Positions 36,045 to 46,420 are shown, numbered from the stretch's first letter. The stretch is DNA of 64,000 nucleotides from an uncultured Acidimicrobiaceae bacterium (GCA_963843365.1 CAWJKG010000006.1:245964-309963), one strand, 5' to 3'. Numbers and translations: made by a program. The notes: generated by a model not told the origin, from the sequence alone.

Positions 36045-36498
36045 CCGCGACCGTCACCTCGATCTCGACGGCCCCGTTCCGGGGCAGCGACGCCACCCCG
36101 ATGGCCGAGCGGGTGTGGCGGCCCGCCTCGCCGAAGACGTCAGCCAGAACCCTGCTCGCCCCGTCGACGACGGCCGGCTGCTGATAGAAGTCCGGCGCCG
36201 AGGAGACGAAGCCCGTCACGGTGAGGACCCGCTCGACGCGGTCGAGGGAGCCCAGCGCCTCCTGCAGGACGGCCAGCGCATTCAACGCGCACACGGCGGC
36301 AGCTTCGGTGCCCTCTTCCACCGTCACGGTATCGCCCAGGCGCCCGAGGCAGGTCAGTTCCCCGGCAATGCGGGGCAGCTGCCCCGAGGTGCGTGCGATG
36401 CCCTGGTGGATCACCACCGCATCGAGCGGGTCGTGCGGCGGGTGCGGGCCGTGCAGCGTCAGACCCAGCTCGGCCAGCCGGGCGCTGATCTTCCCCAT
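36034..36498 (-). CDS. RidA/YjgF-family protein
   Basis: Motifs: RVLTVTGFVSSAPDF, RHTRSAIGVASLPRNGAVEIE. The ATG overlaps the aldolase stop (TAATG). Confidence 0.75.
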   Translation of the reverse strand: MGKISARLAELGLTLHGPHPPHDPLDAVVIHQGIARTSGQLPRIAGELTCLGRLGDTVTVEEGTEAAAVCALNALAVLQEALGSLDRVERVLTVTGFVSSAPDFYQQPAVVDGASRVLADVFGEAGRHTRSAIGVASLPRNGAVEIEVTVAVSD

Positions 36499-37136
36499 TA
36501 GCGCATGTAGGGGTAGACGTTCATGAAGTTCTCGTTGACCTTCTCGGGCAACGGGAAGATGCCGCCGAGTTGCTTGGAGCCCCAGATGATCTTGGCCGAG
36601 CGCTCCACCAGCGCGGTGTTGTGCATCGTCTTCTCCATGGTGGTGCCGATAGCCACCATGCCGTGATTGGCGATCAGCGCGGCGCCCCGGTTCTCGAGCG
36701 CCTTCACGACCTGCTCGGCCAGCTCGGGCGAGCCGCTGGGGCAGTACTCGGTGCAGCGGATGTCGCCGCCCAGGTAGACGGTGAACTCATCGATGCAGCT
36801 CGGGATGTCCTGATGGGCCACCGCGAACATGGTGGCGTGCACCGCATGGGAGTGGATGCACACGGCGATGTCCTCGTAGGCGTTCATGGCCGCCAGGTGG
36901 AGGTACTTCTCCGACGTCGGACCGCGCTCGCCCGACACCACGTCGCCGGCCGGGTTGACGACGACGATGTCCTCCTCGGTCATGATGCGGTAGTCCAGCG
37001 AGGACGGGGTGACGGCGATGTTGCCGTCCTCCATCCGGGCCGAGATGTTGCCCGACGTGCCCTCCACGAGCCCCTTCTCGAGGAGCTCCTTCGCCGCGGC
37101 GACGATCTGCTTCGGTGCGTTCTCTATGAAGGCCAT
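36498..37136 (-). CDS. class II aldolase/adducin-family protein
   Basis: Start MAFIENAPKQ. Motifs: GTSGNISAR, IHSHAVHAT, ALIANHGMVA. Confidence 0.8.
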   Translation of the reverse strand: MAFIENAPKQIVAAAKELLEKGLVEGTSGNISARMEDGNIAVTPSSLDYRIMTEEDIVVVNPAGDVVSGERGPTSEKYLHLAAMNAYEDIAVCIHSHAVHATMFAVAHQDIPSCIDEFTVYLGGDIRCTEYCPSGSPELAEQVVKALENRGAALIANHGMVAIGTTMEKTMHNTALVERSAKIIWGSKQLGGIFPLPEKVNENFMNVYPYMR

Positions 37137-37209
37137 GGCCCGGGTCTCCTCAGGGATGAGTGGGCGCAACGTGGTCGCCCGGCGGTCGCCCCGATCGTAC
37201 AACGAATGC

Positions 37210-37223
37210 CTGACACCGCTGTC
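37210..37223. promoter_or_regulatory. TGAC-N6-GTCA palindrome (site C), extended to CCTGACA-CCGC-TGTCAGG
   Basis: TGACACCGCTGTCA in the divergent region between the aldolase start (37136) and the SDR start (37256). Confidence 0.5.
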
Positions 37224-37255
37224 AGGGAATGGGCGCGGCGCTACTCTCTGCCCCC

Positions 37256-38146
37256 ATGGGACTTCTCAATGGTCGGTCGGCGGTGGTCACGGGTGCGGGC
37301 AGGGGCATCGGGCGGGACATCGCCCTGTGCCTGGCCTCGGAGGGGGCCAAGGTGGTCGTCAATGACATCGGGGTGACCCTGGGCGGTGCGGGCACCGAGG
37401 AGGATCCCGCCGCGCAGGTCTGCAAGGAGATCGAGGCGGCGGGCGGCACCGCCGTTCCCAACCACGACTCGGTGAGCGACTTCGAGGGCGCCGGCCGGAT
37501 CATCGGGACGGCGGTGGACAACTTCGGCTCGATCGACATCGTGGTCAACAATGCCGGGATCGTGCGGGACCGGACGATCGTCAAGATGGACGAGGCCGAC
37601 TACGACGCCGTCATCGCCGTGCACCAGAAGGGCACGTTCAACACCGTGCGCCACGCCGCCTCCCTCATGAAGGACGCCGGCTACGGGCGCATCGTCAACA
37701 TCACGTCCTCGGCGGGGTTGCGGGGCAACTTCGGCCAGACCAACTACGGCGCCGCCAAGGCCGCCATCATGGGTATGACCTTCGTCTGGGCCCTCGAATT
37801 GGGCAAGTACGGGATCACGGTCAACGCGGTGGCGCCGGCGGGCTTCACCCGCATGACGGAGAACCTCTACGCCGGCGGCGAGCCGCCGGCGGACCAGGAC
37901 CCTGCGCTCAACGCGCCCCTCATCGCCTTCCTGGCCTCCGAGGAGGCCTCCTACGTCAACGGGCAGGTCCTCGGGCGGACGGGATTTGCGTACACGTTGT
38001 TCCAGACACCCCGGCAGATCGCCGCCATGTGGCGCGACGGCGGCTGGACGCCCCAGGAGGTGGCCGATCACTTCCATGACGTGCTGGGGCAACACCTGCA
38101 GCCGGTCGGCATGGGCGACCACCCTCTGCTGGGCAAGAAGGACTGA
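37256..38146 (+). CDS. SDR-family oxidoreductase (MFE-2 dehydrogenase-domain-like)
   Basis: Motifs: AVVTGAGRGIGRD, NNAGIVRD, NYGAAKAA, YVNGQVL. Confidence 0.85.
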   Translation: MGLLNGRSAVVTGAGRGIGRDIALCLASEGAKVVVNDIGVTLGGAGTEEDPAAQVCKEIEAAGGTAVPNHDSVSDFEGAGRIIGTAVDNFGSIDIVVNNAGIVRDRTIVKMDEADYDAVIAVHQKGTFNTVRHAASLMKDAGYGRIVNITSSAGLRGNFGQTNYGAAKAAIMGMTFVWALELGKYGITVNAVAPAGFTRMTENLYAGGEPPADQDPALNAPLIAFLASEEASYVNGQVLGRTGFAYTLFQTPRQIAAMWRDGGWTPQEVADHFHDVLGQHLQPVGMGDHPLLGKKD

Positions 38147-38230
38147 TCCGCCGGCCGCCGGCTCAGGGCGGCCGCCCCGCGGCCTGGGTAGGGTGGGTGT
38201 GCTGCATCCACATCACCGAGGGAGGGCTCC

Positions 38231-39649
38231 ATGCTCGTGCGCGACAAGATCTACATCAACGGGGCCTGGGTGCCCTCGACCGGCAAGGGCGTCCTGGAGG
38301 TCATCGACTCGGCCACCGAAGAGGTCTTCGCCACCATCCCCGAGGGGACGGCCGACGATGTCGACAAGGCGGTCGAGGCTGCGGCGGCTGCGTTCCCCGG
38401 CTGGGCCGCCACCTCACGCGAGGAGCGGGCCAAGCTGCTGACCCGCATCGGCGAGGCGCTGGGCAGTCGGACCGACGAGTTGGCGCAGATCATCTCGCAC
38501 GAGGTCGGCATGCCGATGACCCTGTCGGGCTCCATCCAGGTGGGCCTGCCGGCGGGTGCGTTCGGCGACGCCGCGGCGGCCGCCGAGAGCTTCGAGTGGG
38601 AAGAGGAGCTCGGCAACTCCCTCGTCGTACACGAGCCGGTGGGCGTCGTCGGCGCCATCACGCCGTGGAACTACCCGCTGTACCAGGTCGTGCTCAAGGT
38701 GGCCCCCGCCCTGGCGGCCGGATGCACCGTCGTGCTGAAGCCGAGCGAGGTCGCCCCCATCAACGCGTTCATCCTGGCCGACGTGATCGACGAGGTCGGC
38801 CTGCCGCCGGGCGTCTTCAACCTCGTGAGCGGGGTCGGACCGGTCGTCGGTGAGGCGATCGCTGCCCACCCCAAGGTCGACATGGTCTCGTTCACCGGAT
38901 CCACCCGGGCGGGCCGGCGCGTCATGGAACTGGCCGCCGAGGGGATCAAGCGCGTGTCGCTCGAGCTGGGAGGCAAGTCCGCCAATATCTTGCTCGACGA
39001 CGCCGACTTCGCGACTGCCGTGCCGGCCGGGCTCTTCGGGTGCTACATGAACTCGGGGCAGACCTGCTCGGCCCTCACGCGCATGCTCGTGCCCCGCGAC
39101 CGGCTGGCCGAGGTGGAGGAGATGGCCGTCGCCGGCACCGCCGGCTTCGCTCCGGGCGACCCCTTCGAAGCAGGCAAGCTCATCGGGCCGCTCGTCTCGG
39201 CCGTCCAGCGTGACCGGGTGCGCGGGTACATCAAGAAGGGCGTCGAAGAAGGGGCCAAGCTCATCGTCGGCGGGGCCGATGCCCCCGAGGGCCTCGACAA
39301 GGGGTTCTTCGTGCAACCGACCGTGTTCTCCGATGTGACTCCCGACATGACCATCGCCAAGGAGGAGATCTTCGGGCCGGTCCTCGTGCTCATGCCCTAT
39401 GACACCGAGGAGGAGGCGATCGAGATCGCCAACGGTACGCCCTACGGGCTCGCGGGTGCAGTCTGGAGCGCCGACGACGCCCGGGCGGAGCGTGTGGCCC
39501 GGCAGTTGCGGACCGGGCAGGTCGACATCAACGGTGGGAACTTCAACCCGAGCGCGCCGTTCGGTGGCTACAAGCAGTCGGGCTTCGGGCGCGAGCGTGG
39601 CAAGTACGGTCTCGAGGAGTTCGTCGAGACCAAGTCGATGCAGCGCTGA
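38231..39649 (+). CDS. NAD(P)-dependent aldehyde dehydrogenase
   Basis: Motifs: [25 protein letters not shown], catalytic Cys in [15 protein letters not shown]. Confidence 0.9.
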   Translation: MLVRDKIYINGAWVPSTGKGVLEVIDSATEEVFATIPEGTADDVDKAVEAAAAAFPGWAATSREERAKLLTRIGEALGSRTDELAQIISHEVGMPMTLSGSIQVGLPAGAFGDAAAAAESFEWEEELGNSLVVHEPVGVVGAITPWNYPLYQVVLKVAPALAAGCTVVLKPSEVAPINAFILADVIDEVGLPPGVFNLVSGVGPVVGEAIAAHPKVDMVSFTGSTRAGRRVMELAAEGIKRVSLELGGKSANILLDDADFATAVPAGLFGCYMNSGQTCSALTRMLVPRDRLAEVEEMAVAGTAGFAPGDPFEAGKLIGPLVSAVQRDRVRGYIKKGVEEGAKLIVGGADAPEGLDKGFFVQPTVFSDVTPDMTIAKEEIFGPVLVLMPYDTEEEAIEIANGTPYGLAGAVWSADDARAERVARQLRTGQVDINGGNFNPSAPFGGYKQSGFGRERGKYGLEEFVETKSMQR

Positions 39650-39763
39650 GCCAACATCTGCACGACCAGCTCGTCGCTACCTGAGGCCCTGGCGGGGGCC
39701 GGAGCGTGCCTGGGTGCGGGCGGGCTGGCGTCATTGTTCACAGGGGGGGGACCGGGAGGGCAC

Positions 39764-40594
39764 ATGAGTACGGCGCGCAACGGAACCGTCGAGATCTACT
39801 ACGAGGAATTCGGCGATCCGGTGCTGCCCACGCTGCTCCTGGTCAACGGGCTCGGATCGCAGTGCCTCAACTACGACGTCTCGTGGTGCCAGCTCTTCTG
39901 TGACGAAGGCTTCCGCGTCGTGCGCTTCGACAACCGCGACGTGGGGCTCTCGACCAAGCTCGACGGCACGGACTACGCGCTCGTCGACATGGCCGACGAC
40001 GCCATCGCTGTGCTCGACGCCATCGGCGTGGACAAGGCGCACGTGATGGGCTGCTCCATGGGGGGCATGATCGTCCAGCGGCTCGCTCTCAACCACGGCG
40101 AGCGCGTGCTCTCACTCACATCGGTGATGTCGCGCACGGGCGAGCCGGGTTACGGCGACAGCTCCGAGGAGGCACTGGCCTTCCTGCTGGCGCCGCCGGC
40201 CGCCTCACGCGCGGAGTACATCGAACGCCAGGTGGCGGCCCACCATGTCTACGGTTCGAAACCGGACTGGCTGGACGACGACGCCATCCGGGCCCGGGCG
40301 GCCGCAGCGTACGATCGCTGCTTCTGCCCCGAGGGGGTGGCGCGGCAGATGCACGCCGTGACGCGGGATGGCTCTCGCTCGGCCGAGCTCACCTCGCTCG
40401 AGATCCCGACCCTCGTGATCCACGGCAGCCGGGACACCCTGATCAACCCGAGCGGCGGTCGCCAGACGGCCGACGTCATTCCCGGCGCGCGCTACGTCGA
40501 GATCGAGGGCATGGGTCACGACTACCCGCCCCCGGTCTGGAGGGAGTGGGTGGGTGTCTGGTCGGAATTCGCCCACTCCGCCATGCGCACCTGA
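39764..40594 (+). CDS. alpha/beta-fold hydrolase
   Basis: Motifs: LLLVNGLGS, nucleophile elbow GCSMGGM, GMGHDYP. Confidence 0.8.
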   Translation: MSTARNGTVEIYYEEFGDPVLPTLLLVNGLGSQCLNYDVSWCQLFCDEGFRVVRFDNRDVGLSTKLDGTDYALVDMADDAIAVLDAIGVDKAHVMGCSMGGMIVQRLALNHGERVLSLTSVMSRTGEPGYGDSSEEALAFLLAPPAASRAEYIERQVAAHHVYGSKPDWLDDDAIRARAAAAYDRCFCPEGVARQMHAVTRDGSRSAELTSLEIPTLVIHGSRDTLINPSGGRQTADVIPGARYVEIEGMGHDYPPPVWREWVGVWSEFAHSAMRT

Positions 40595-40640
40595 GCGTTT
40601 CGAGGTCCATGCCGCGGCTGTCGCTGGAGGACACCTGGAG

Positions 40641-41822
40641 TCAGGCGGAGGGACATGTGACCCGGGTCCACAGCGCGGAAGGGCGCGACACCATGGCCCG
40701 GCCACTCGGGCCGAGGAAGGTGAGCTCTTCGTTGGCGTTCCCGCGCATCGTCCAGCCGTTGCGGTGCACCACCCCATGGTGATGTCGGCACAGGAGCACG
40801 AGGTTGGGAAGATCGGTCGTCCCGCCCGGTTTCCACTCGACGATGTGATGCACGTTGGTGAAGGTCGCATGTTCGCAGCCCGGGAAACGGCAATGTCGGT
40901 CCCTGCGCATGACCTCTCGCCGTTGGGCCGAGGTGGGGAACCGACGAGCCCTCCCCTCGTACATGGTGTGCCCGACGTCATCATCGATGGCCACCACGAC
41001 CGTGGCGTCGCAGGCGATGCGCTGCACCGTGGCGGCGTCGATCAGACCATCGCGCTCGAGTTCGCCGGAGAGTCGGCTCGGGCCGTCTGACCGGTCGGTC
41101 AGAGCGTCCAGGGGGACGTGTGCCACCACGAGGAACGGGGTCACGGTCGGAGCGCCCTTCGTAGTGCCCGGGCTGGCGGCCTCCATGAGCCCCATGAACC
41201 CGTCGCAACGACGCTGGTCCAGGGGAGTCTCCGGATCGGAGGGCACCTGATCGGCAAACGCATCGATGCAGGCGCGAGCCGCGGCGTAGGACTCCGCCGG
41301 CAATTGGGTCGTGATGGTCCGGTGCGTGTCGTTGTAGCGGAGGTACCGACCGGCATGCTGATCCGAGCCGGTGGCCGAGGGAGCCGACCTCTCGGCCGCC
41401 ATCCGGGCCACTTCGGCCAGCTCACGGACCGTGCACGCGAGCGCGTGATCACGCAATTCCCGCTCGGTCTCGGGGGTGGCCACATCGATCACCGCCCGCA
41501 CCTTGTCGAAGGACACGTCGCCGGCGCACATGGAGCCGACCAGCTGGGGAGCGTCCCAGGCTTTGCCGCCCACGTGGGTGAGGGCCCGGGCCGTCGTCGC
41601 CGAGACACCGAAGCGCTCCACCACCCAGGCCTCCGTCGACGTCGCACCCTCTTCGCGGTAGGACTCGGAGCGGTCGACCTCTCCCAGGAGGACGGCGATC
41701 TCACCCCGGGTCGCCGCGTCCAGACGGAAGAGCTCCCTCAGGCGCTCAGTCCTGGCCTCCACCGAGAGGGAGGCCGCCGCCCCGATGGGATCGGCGGTGG
41801 TTCCAACGACAGTCGACGGCAT
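40641..41822 (-). CDS. DUF222 + HNH endonuclease protein (actinobacterial 13E12-repeat-type selfish gene)
   Basis: Motifs: REVMRRDRHCRFPGCEHATFTNVHHIVEWKPGGTTDLPNLVLLCRHHHGVVH. The long helical N-terminal domain carries SYREEGATSTEAWVVERFGVS. Confidence 0.8.
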   Translation of the reverse strand: MPSTVVGTTADPIGAAASLSVEARTERLRELFRLDAATRGEIAVLLGEVDRSESYREEGATSTEAWVVERFGVSATTARALTHVGGKAWDAPQLVGSMCAGDVSFDKVRAVIDVATPETERELRDHALACTVRELAEVARMAAERSAPSATGSDQHAGRYLRYNDTHRTITTQLPAESYAAARACIDAFADQVPSDPETPLDQRRCDGFMGLMEAASPGTTKGAPTVTPFLVVAHVPLDALTDRSDGPSRLSGELERDGLIDAATVQRIACDATVVVAIDDDVGHTMYEGRARRFPTSAQRREVMRRDRHCRFPGCEHATFTNVHHIVEWKPGGTTDLPNLVLLCRHHHGVVHRNGWTMRGNANEELTFLGPSGRAMVSRPSALWTRVTCPSA

Positions 41823-41851
41823 CGTGGAATGAACGGTCGGCCATGGAACGA

Positions 41852-42127
41852 TCAGCGGCCGCCCGGATCGACGTCGAGGGGCTCCAGGGTGATGGCGTGC
41901 TCCGGACAGGCGCCCACGCACAAGCCGCACTCGTGGCACTGGTCGGCCCGCACCGCGTAGGCCGTCATGCGGCGGTGCGCCGTGCTCCTGAGCTTGCCCA
42001 ACAACCCCAGCGCCGTGAAGTCCTCGACGTCCATCCGCCGCACCTCGAAGACGTCATTGGGGCAGACGCGCACGCAGTCGCGCTTCGCCTCGCAGCGGCC
42101 GTGGTCGATGACCGGACGCGTCGGCAT
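41852..42127 (-). CDS. 4Fe-4S ferredoxin
   Basis: 91 aa. Motifs: CEAKRDCVRVCP and CHECGLCVGACP. The ATG overlaps the ACAD stop by 1 nt. Confidence 0.75.
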   Translation of the reverse strand: MPTRPVIDHGRCEAKRDCVRVCPNDVFEVRRMDVEDFTALGLLGKLRSTAHRRMTAYAVRADQCHECGLCVGACPEHAITLEPLDVDPGGR

Positions 42128-43362
42128 CAGGAGGCTTCGAGCGGAGCCCGCCAGCCGGGCGACCCGGTACGGGCGCCGCCGGCGACCCGCAGGCCGATGT
42201 AGTTGCGCTGCGCCTCCACGGTGCCTGCCCCGAAACACAGTCCCCGGATGTCACGGTAGGCCCGCTCGAGTGGGTACTCCCGGGAGTAGCCGTAGCCGCC
42301 GTGGATCTGCATGGCCTCGTCGCAGACGAACTTGGCGGCGAGGTTGGCGGCCGTCTTGGCGATGGCCGTCTCGAGCGCGGGCGGTGTGCCGTGGGGGCCG
42401 GCGAGACGGACGGCCCGGGCCAGGAGCAGGCGCGCCCCTTCGAGCTGCACCGCCATGTCGGCCAGCTTCCACTGCAGGCCCTGGAGGTCGGCCAGCGGCT
42501 TGCCCCCGATGACCCGCTCGTTCATGTACCGCACGGCGTGCTCGAGCGCGCCCTGGGCCGCGCCCACGCACATGGAGGCGTTGCCACACCGCTCATGGTT
42601 GAGGTGCGACAGCAGGACCTTGAAAGCCGACGTGTTGGCGGGATCGCCGGCGATGAGGATGTCGTCCTCGGTGATCTCGACGCCGTCGAACGCCAGCTCG
42701 GCCTCCGTGGCGGCGTGGATCCCCATGCCCTTGTGGCGCCCGGTGATCGACACGCCCTCGCGGTCGGTCGGCACGATGACCGCGCCGATGCCCTTGGCAC
42801 CCTCCCCACCGGGCCAGCGGCACCAGACCAGCACGCCCTGGGCCACGTCGCCGAGCGTCGAATAGTTCTTGTAGGCGTTGAGGCGCCAGCGGCCCGGCCC
42901 GTCCTCGACCAGCGCGGCCCGCATGTTCTGGACGGCCGAACCCGCATCGGGCTCGGTGATGCCGATGCTGATGAGCGCGTCCCCGTCCGCTACGGCGGGC
43001 AGCCAACGCTCCTTCATGGCGTCGGGACCGAGGTGCTCGATCCCGCGGGGCGGCCCGTTGAAGGTCAGCTGGCAGCAGATGGCCGACGACACGTCGGCCC
43101 GGGCGATCTCCTCCAGCACGATCGAAGCCTCGACATCGCCCAAGCCCAAGCCGCCCCACTGCTCCCCCACCGTGATGCGCAGCAGGTCGGCCGCGGCGAG
43201 GGCCTTGCGCATCTCCGGGGAGACGGCGCCGGCCTCGTCGGCGTCATGGGCACGGGGTGCGACCTCGCGTTCGGCCACGTCGCGGGCGAGCTGGCGCAGC
43301 GCGGCCTGGTCCTCGGTCTCGGCCAGCAGGTCGACCGGGCCGTCGTGGGAGGCGTCGCTCAT
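42127..43362 (-). CDS. acyl-CoA dehydrogenase
   Basis: Start MSDASHDGP, ATGA overlap at 43359-43362. Motifs: ITEPDAGS, and a C-terminal QIHGGYGYSREYPLERAYRD. Confidence 0.85.
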   Translation of the reverse strand: MSDASHDGPVDLLAETEDQAALRQLARDVAEREVAPRAHDADEAGAVSPEMRKALAAADLLRITVGEQWGGLGLGDVEASIVLEEIARADVSSAICCQLTFNGPPRGIEHLGPDAMKERWLPAVADGDALISIGITEPDAGSAVQNMRAALVEDGPGRWRLNAYKNYSTLGDVAQGVLVWCRWPGGEGAKGIGAVIVPTDREGVSITGRHKGMGIHAATEAELAFDGVEITEDDILIAGDPANTSAFKVLLSHLNHERCGNASMCVGAAQGALEHAVRYMNERVIGGKPLADLQGLQWKLADMAVQLEGARLLLARAVRLAGPHGTPPALETAIAKTAANLAAKFVCDEAMQIHGGYGYSREYPLERAYRDIRGLCFGAGTVEAQRNYIGLRVAGGARTGSPGWRAPLEAS

Positions 43363-44564
43363 CCGTCGAGCTCGGTGCCGACGATGCCCACGAAGCTGAC
43401 GCCCTCGCCCGGTGCGCCGCCCAGGTTGTGGGTCAGTCCGAGCGTCCGTCCGGCACCCACGGTGGCGATCTGGCGGTCCGGCGGGGCCTCTCCCCGAAGT
43501 TGCAGCCAGCACTCGAAGAGCATGCGAAGTCCCGAGGCGCCGATCGGGTGGCCGAAGGACTTGAGGCCGCCGTCGGGGTTGACCGGCAGCTCGCCGTCAC
43601 GGTCGAAGGTGCCGGCGAGGACCTCCTTCCAGGCCTGGCCCCGCTCGGCGAAGCCCAGGTCTTCCATGAGCACGAGCTCGGTCGGCGTGAAGCAGTCGTG
43701 CACCTCGGCCATGGCCAGCTGCGCCCGCGGATCGGTGATGCCGGCCTGCGCGTAGGCGTCGGCGGCCGAGCGCACCACCTCCTCGAAGGTCGTGTAATCG
43801 TACGCCGGGTCGATGGGGCCGGCGGCGGGGCCGGCCACGAAGGCGAGAGCCTTCACGTAGAGGGGGTTGTCGCAGTACTTGTGGGCGTCCTCGACGCGGC
43901 AGATGATGGCGGCGGCCGAGCCGTCGCTCACCCCGCTGCAGTCGAACACGCCGAGGTCGCCGGCGACGAGGGGCGCCTTGGCGATGGTCTCCATGGAGAC
44001 TTCCTTCTGGAACTGGGCCCGCGGGTTGCGCGCCCCGTTCTGGTGGTTCTTGAAGGCGATCCGGCTCATGACCTCCTTCAGCTGGTCCTTGTCGACGCCG
44101 TACTTGTGGGCGTAGGACGGGGCCAGGAAGGAGAAGGCGGCGGGCGAGGAGAGGCCGGGGTCGGTGCCGTCGCCGACGGCCCGGATGCCGGTCAGACCCG
44201 AGTAGCCCGTGTCCTTGAGCTTCTCGACGCCGATGGCCATGGCGGTGTCGTAGGCACCGGAGGCGACCGCGTAGCAGGCGTTGCGGAACGCCTCGGAACC
44301 GGTGGCGCAGTAGTTCTCGACGCGGGTGACGGGCTTGTAGTCGATCTTGAGGGGGCGGGAGAGGGTGGTGCCACAGACACCCGAGGTCATGGTGCCGAGC
44401 CAGAAGGCGTCGATGTCGGCCAGCTCGAGATTGGGCACGGAGGCGACGGCCTCGGTGGTGGCGTCGGTGAGGAGGTCGTCGACGCCCTTGTCCCACAGCT
44501 CGCCGAAGCGGGTGCAGCCCATGCCGATGACGGCGACCTGGTCCCGGATGCCCTTGCTGCTCAT
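43359..44564 (-). CDS. thiolase-like (SCPx-type) protein
   Basis: Start MSSKGIRDQVAVIGMGCTRFG. Nucleophile context VENYCATGS. C-terminal NPDGGLKSFGHPIGASG. Confidence 0.8.
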   Translation of the reverse strand: MSSKGIRDQVAVIGMGCTRFGELWDKGVDDLLTDATTEAVASVPNLELADIDAFWLGTMTSGVCGTTLSRPLKIDYKPVTRVENYCATGSEAFRNACYAVASGAYDTAMAIGVEKLKDTGYSGLTGIRAVGDGTDPGLSSPAAFSFLAPSYAHKYGVDKDQLKEVMSRIAFKNHQNGARNPRAQFQKEVSMETIAKAPLVAGDLGVFDCSGVSDGSAAAIICRVEDAHKYCDNPLYVKALAFVAGPAAGPIDPAYDYTTFEEVVRSAADAYAQAGITDPRAQLAMAEVHDCFTPTELVLMEDLGFAERGQAWKEVLAGTFDRDGELPVNPDGGLKSFGHPIGASGLRMLFECWLQLRGEAPPDRQIATVGAGRTLGLTHNLGGAPGEGVSFVGIVGTELDG

Positions 44565-44566
44565 GT

Positions 44567-46055
44567 CTACGCTCCTTGATCGGCGGCGTGTATTTCTGCG
44601 CCGGCCGCAGCCCGTCCCACGGCCGGTCGGGCCTTCCAGAAGTAATTGTGCACGCCCTGGGCCGTCCAGACGCGCCGGAAGGTCATGGAGACCCGGTCGC
44701 CGATTGACAATTCGTCGGCGACGACGTCCGTGATCTCGCAGCGGTAGCGGCCACCCCCGTCGAAGTCCACGATGACGCCCACGACCGGTGGCGACAGGCT
44801 GAAGGCCAGGTGGTCGATGGTGAAGGTGGCCACGGTGCCCGGCACGTCGGCCAGGCGCTCGGACTGCATCTGGTCGATGGCGTGGCAGGAGAGGCAGGCC
44901 CGGGTGGGCGGCATGTGGCGGAAGCCGCAGACCAGGCAGCGGCTGCCGGCGAAGGCGTACTTCCACTGCTCGGAGCGATGGACGGTGGGGGCGCCGGGTC
45001 GTTCGGGGTCGGGGCGCCGGGGGGGCTCGCGATGCATCTGGCCCCGCCACGTCAGGAAGGTCGCATACGGCAGGTCGTCCCGCCCCGCCGCCACCTGCTC
45101 GGCCACCGACGGGATCCCCGCGGCGGCCCGCGCCGCCTGCGCGGCGGTGAGCTCCCCGGTGGTGCGCAGGACGAGCGCATCGGCGCCGTCCGCCAGCGAC
45201 AGCACGACGATGGTCTCGCCCGGCCGGGCGCGCTCGAGGACGTCGCACAGGGCCACGGCCGCCTGCGCCGCCCCCAGGTTGCCCACCGAGCCGGAGAGAT
45301 CGGGCGCCAGCGCGCCCTCGCGCACGCCTCCCGCGAGACCCTTGGACACCGCCTTGATCGCCCGCGCGTGCAACCCGGCAACGATCACGTGATCCACGTC
45401 GCCCTCGGCCAGCCCGGCGTCCTTCAGCGCGGCGGCGAAGGCCTCGCGGGCCAGCGGGACGTACAGCTCTTCGCCGAAGCGCTCCTCCCACACGTGCGAG
45501 TCGGCCTCGCCGGGCACACGCCAGCGGTCGAGGAACTCGTCACTGGCCGCCCCCCGGCCGATGAGCTCGGCCACGGCACCGTCGGGCGCGCACACGACGG
45601 CGGCGGCACCATCGCCGCTGTCACGCTCCTCGGCCGAGCCGGCCAATCCGGTGCGCAGGTCCGAGACGACGGCGAGCGAGGTCCGCCCGGCGGACCCGGC
45701 TACCCCCAGGGCCAACAACAGCGTCCCCACGGCCGAACGGGACGAGCCGGCGAAGTCATAGGCGCCGCATCCCCGCCCCAGCCCCAGCGCGGCGTGCACC
45801 GTGGTGGCGCTCGTCTTGTCCAGATACGCGGGGTCCGGCGTCGACAGGAAGAGGTCCTGCACCGCCCCGGCTCCCGGGCCCACGGCCAACGCCCGCCGGC
45901 CGGCCTCGACACCCAGCGTCGTGGTGTCCTCGTCGTGGGAGGCCACGGCGCGGCGTGCCCCGGCCTCCGCCGCTACCCAGGACGCCCCCGATGGCGGCCC
46001 GCTGCAGGCGCCAGAACGGCAGATAGGTCCCCCATGCGGCAATCCCTGCGCTCAT
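44567..46055 (-). pseudogene. HMG-CoA-synthase-like domain fused to a DUF35 Zn-ribbon/OB-fold domain, interrupted by one frameshift near 45955
   Basis: The N-terminus MSAGIAAWGTYLPFWRLQRAAIGGVLGSGGGRGT is in the frame of ORF 45756..46100. The rest, from RAVASHDEDTTTLGVEAG, is in the frame of ORF 44567..46042. The two join if one C is removed from ACGCCGCGCCGTGG. The C-terminal DUF35 part is CLVCGFRHMPPTRACLSC...GTVATFT. Confidence 0.7.
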
Positions 46056-46420
46056 GGACCGATCATCCCAGACAGCAGGAAGGCCGCACACATCGAGCAT
46101 CGCTCCCCGGCCCAGGCCACGGGCCCAATCGTACGGCCTGCAACCCGCCGATCAGGCCACCCGCCGCGCCGCTCGCCGCGCCCTCCGTCGCATCCACGTC
46201 CACCGCTGGCGTGAGGTCCTCCAATGACCCCGTCAGGACGACCTCGTAGTCGAAGATGATCAGGTCTCCGCCTCGAGCGGGACCCAGTCGGCGGTTGTGT
46301 CCCCCGTCCGAGGCCGCGGCTGACGGGCCCGTCCCGATGCCGCGTGGTGGCCGGACGCTCGCCGGCCGGGACCGGGAGGGCCGCGCCGCGATGGCGCGCA
46401 CCCTCCCGCCGGACTTCCGA

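Noticed and set aside
43359-45491. 710-aa ORF that would extend the SCPx-type thiolase far upstream.
   Set aside because: The thiolase homology starts at MSSKGIRDQVAVIGMGC (ATG 44564). The upstream 300 codons are Arg/Gly-rich read-through over the HMGCS-like gene in another frame.
46063-46401. 112-aa ORF in the gap upstream of the HMGCS-like gene, ending 7 nt before its ATG.
   Set aside because: It has no family motif. GC3 is good only in the middle (IIFDYEVVLTGSLEDLTPAVDVD) and decays at both ends, and there is no obvious start or RBS. It may be a gene remnant, but the evidence is too weak to annotate.
46380-46415. GC-rich hairpin (GGGAGGG...CCCTCCC) after the stop of the secreted protein as an intrinsic terminator.
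   Set aside because: The stem is plausible but no U-tract follows it (GUCCCGGCCGG), so I did not list it as a feature.
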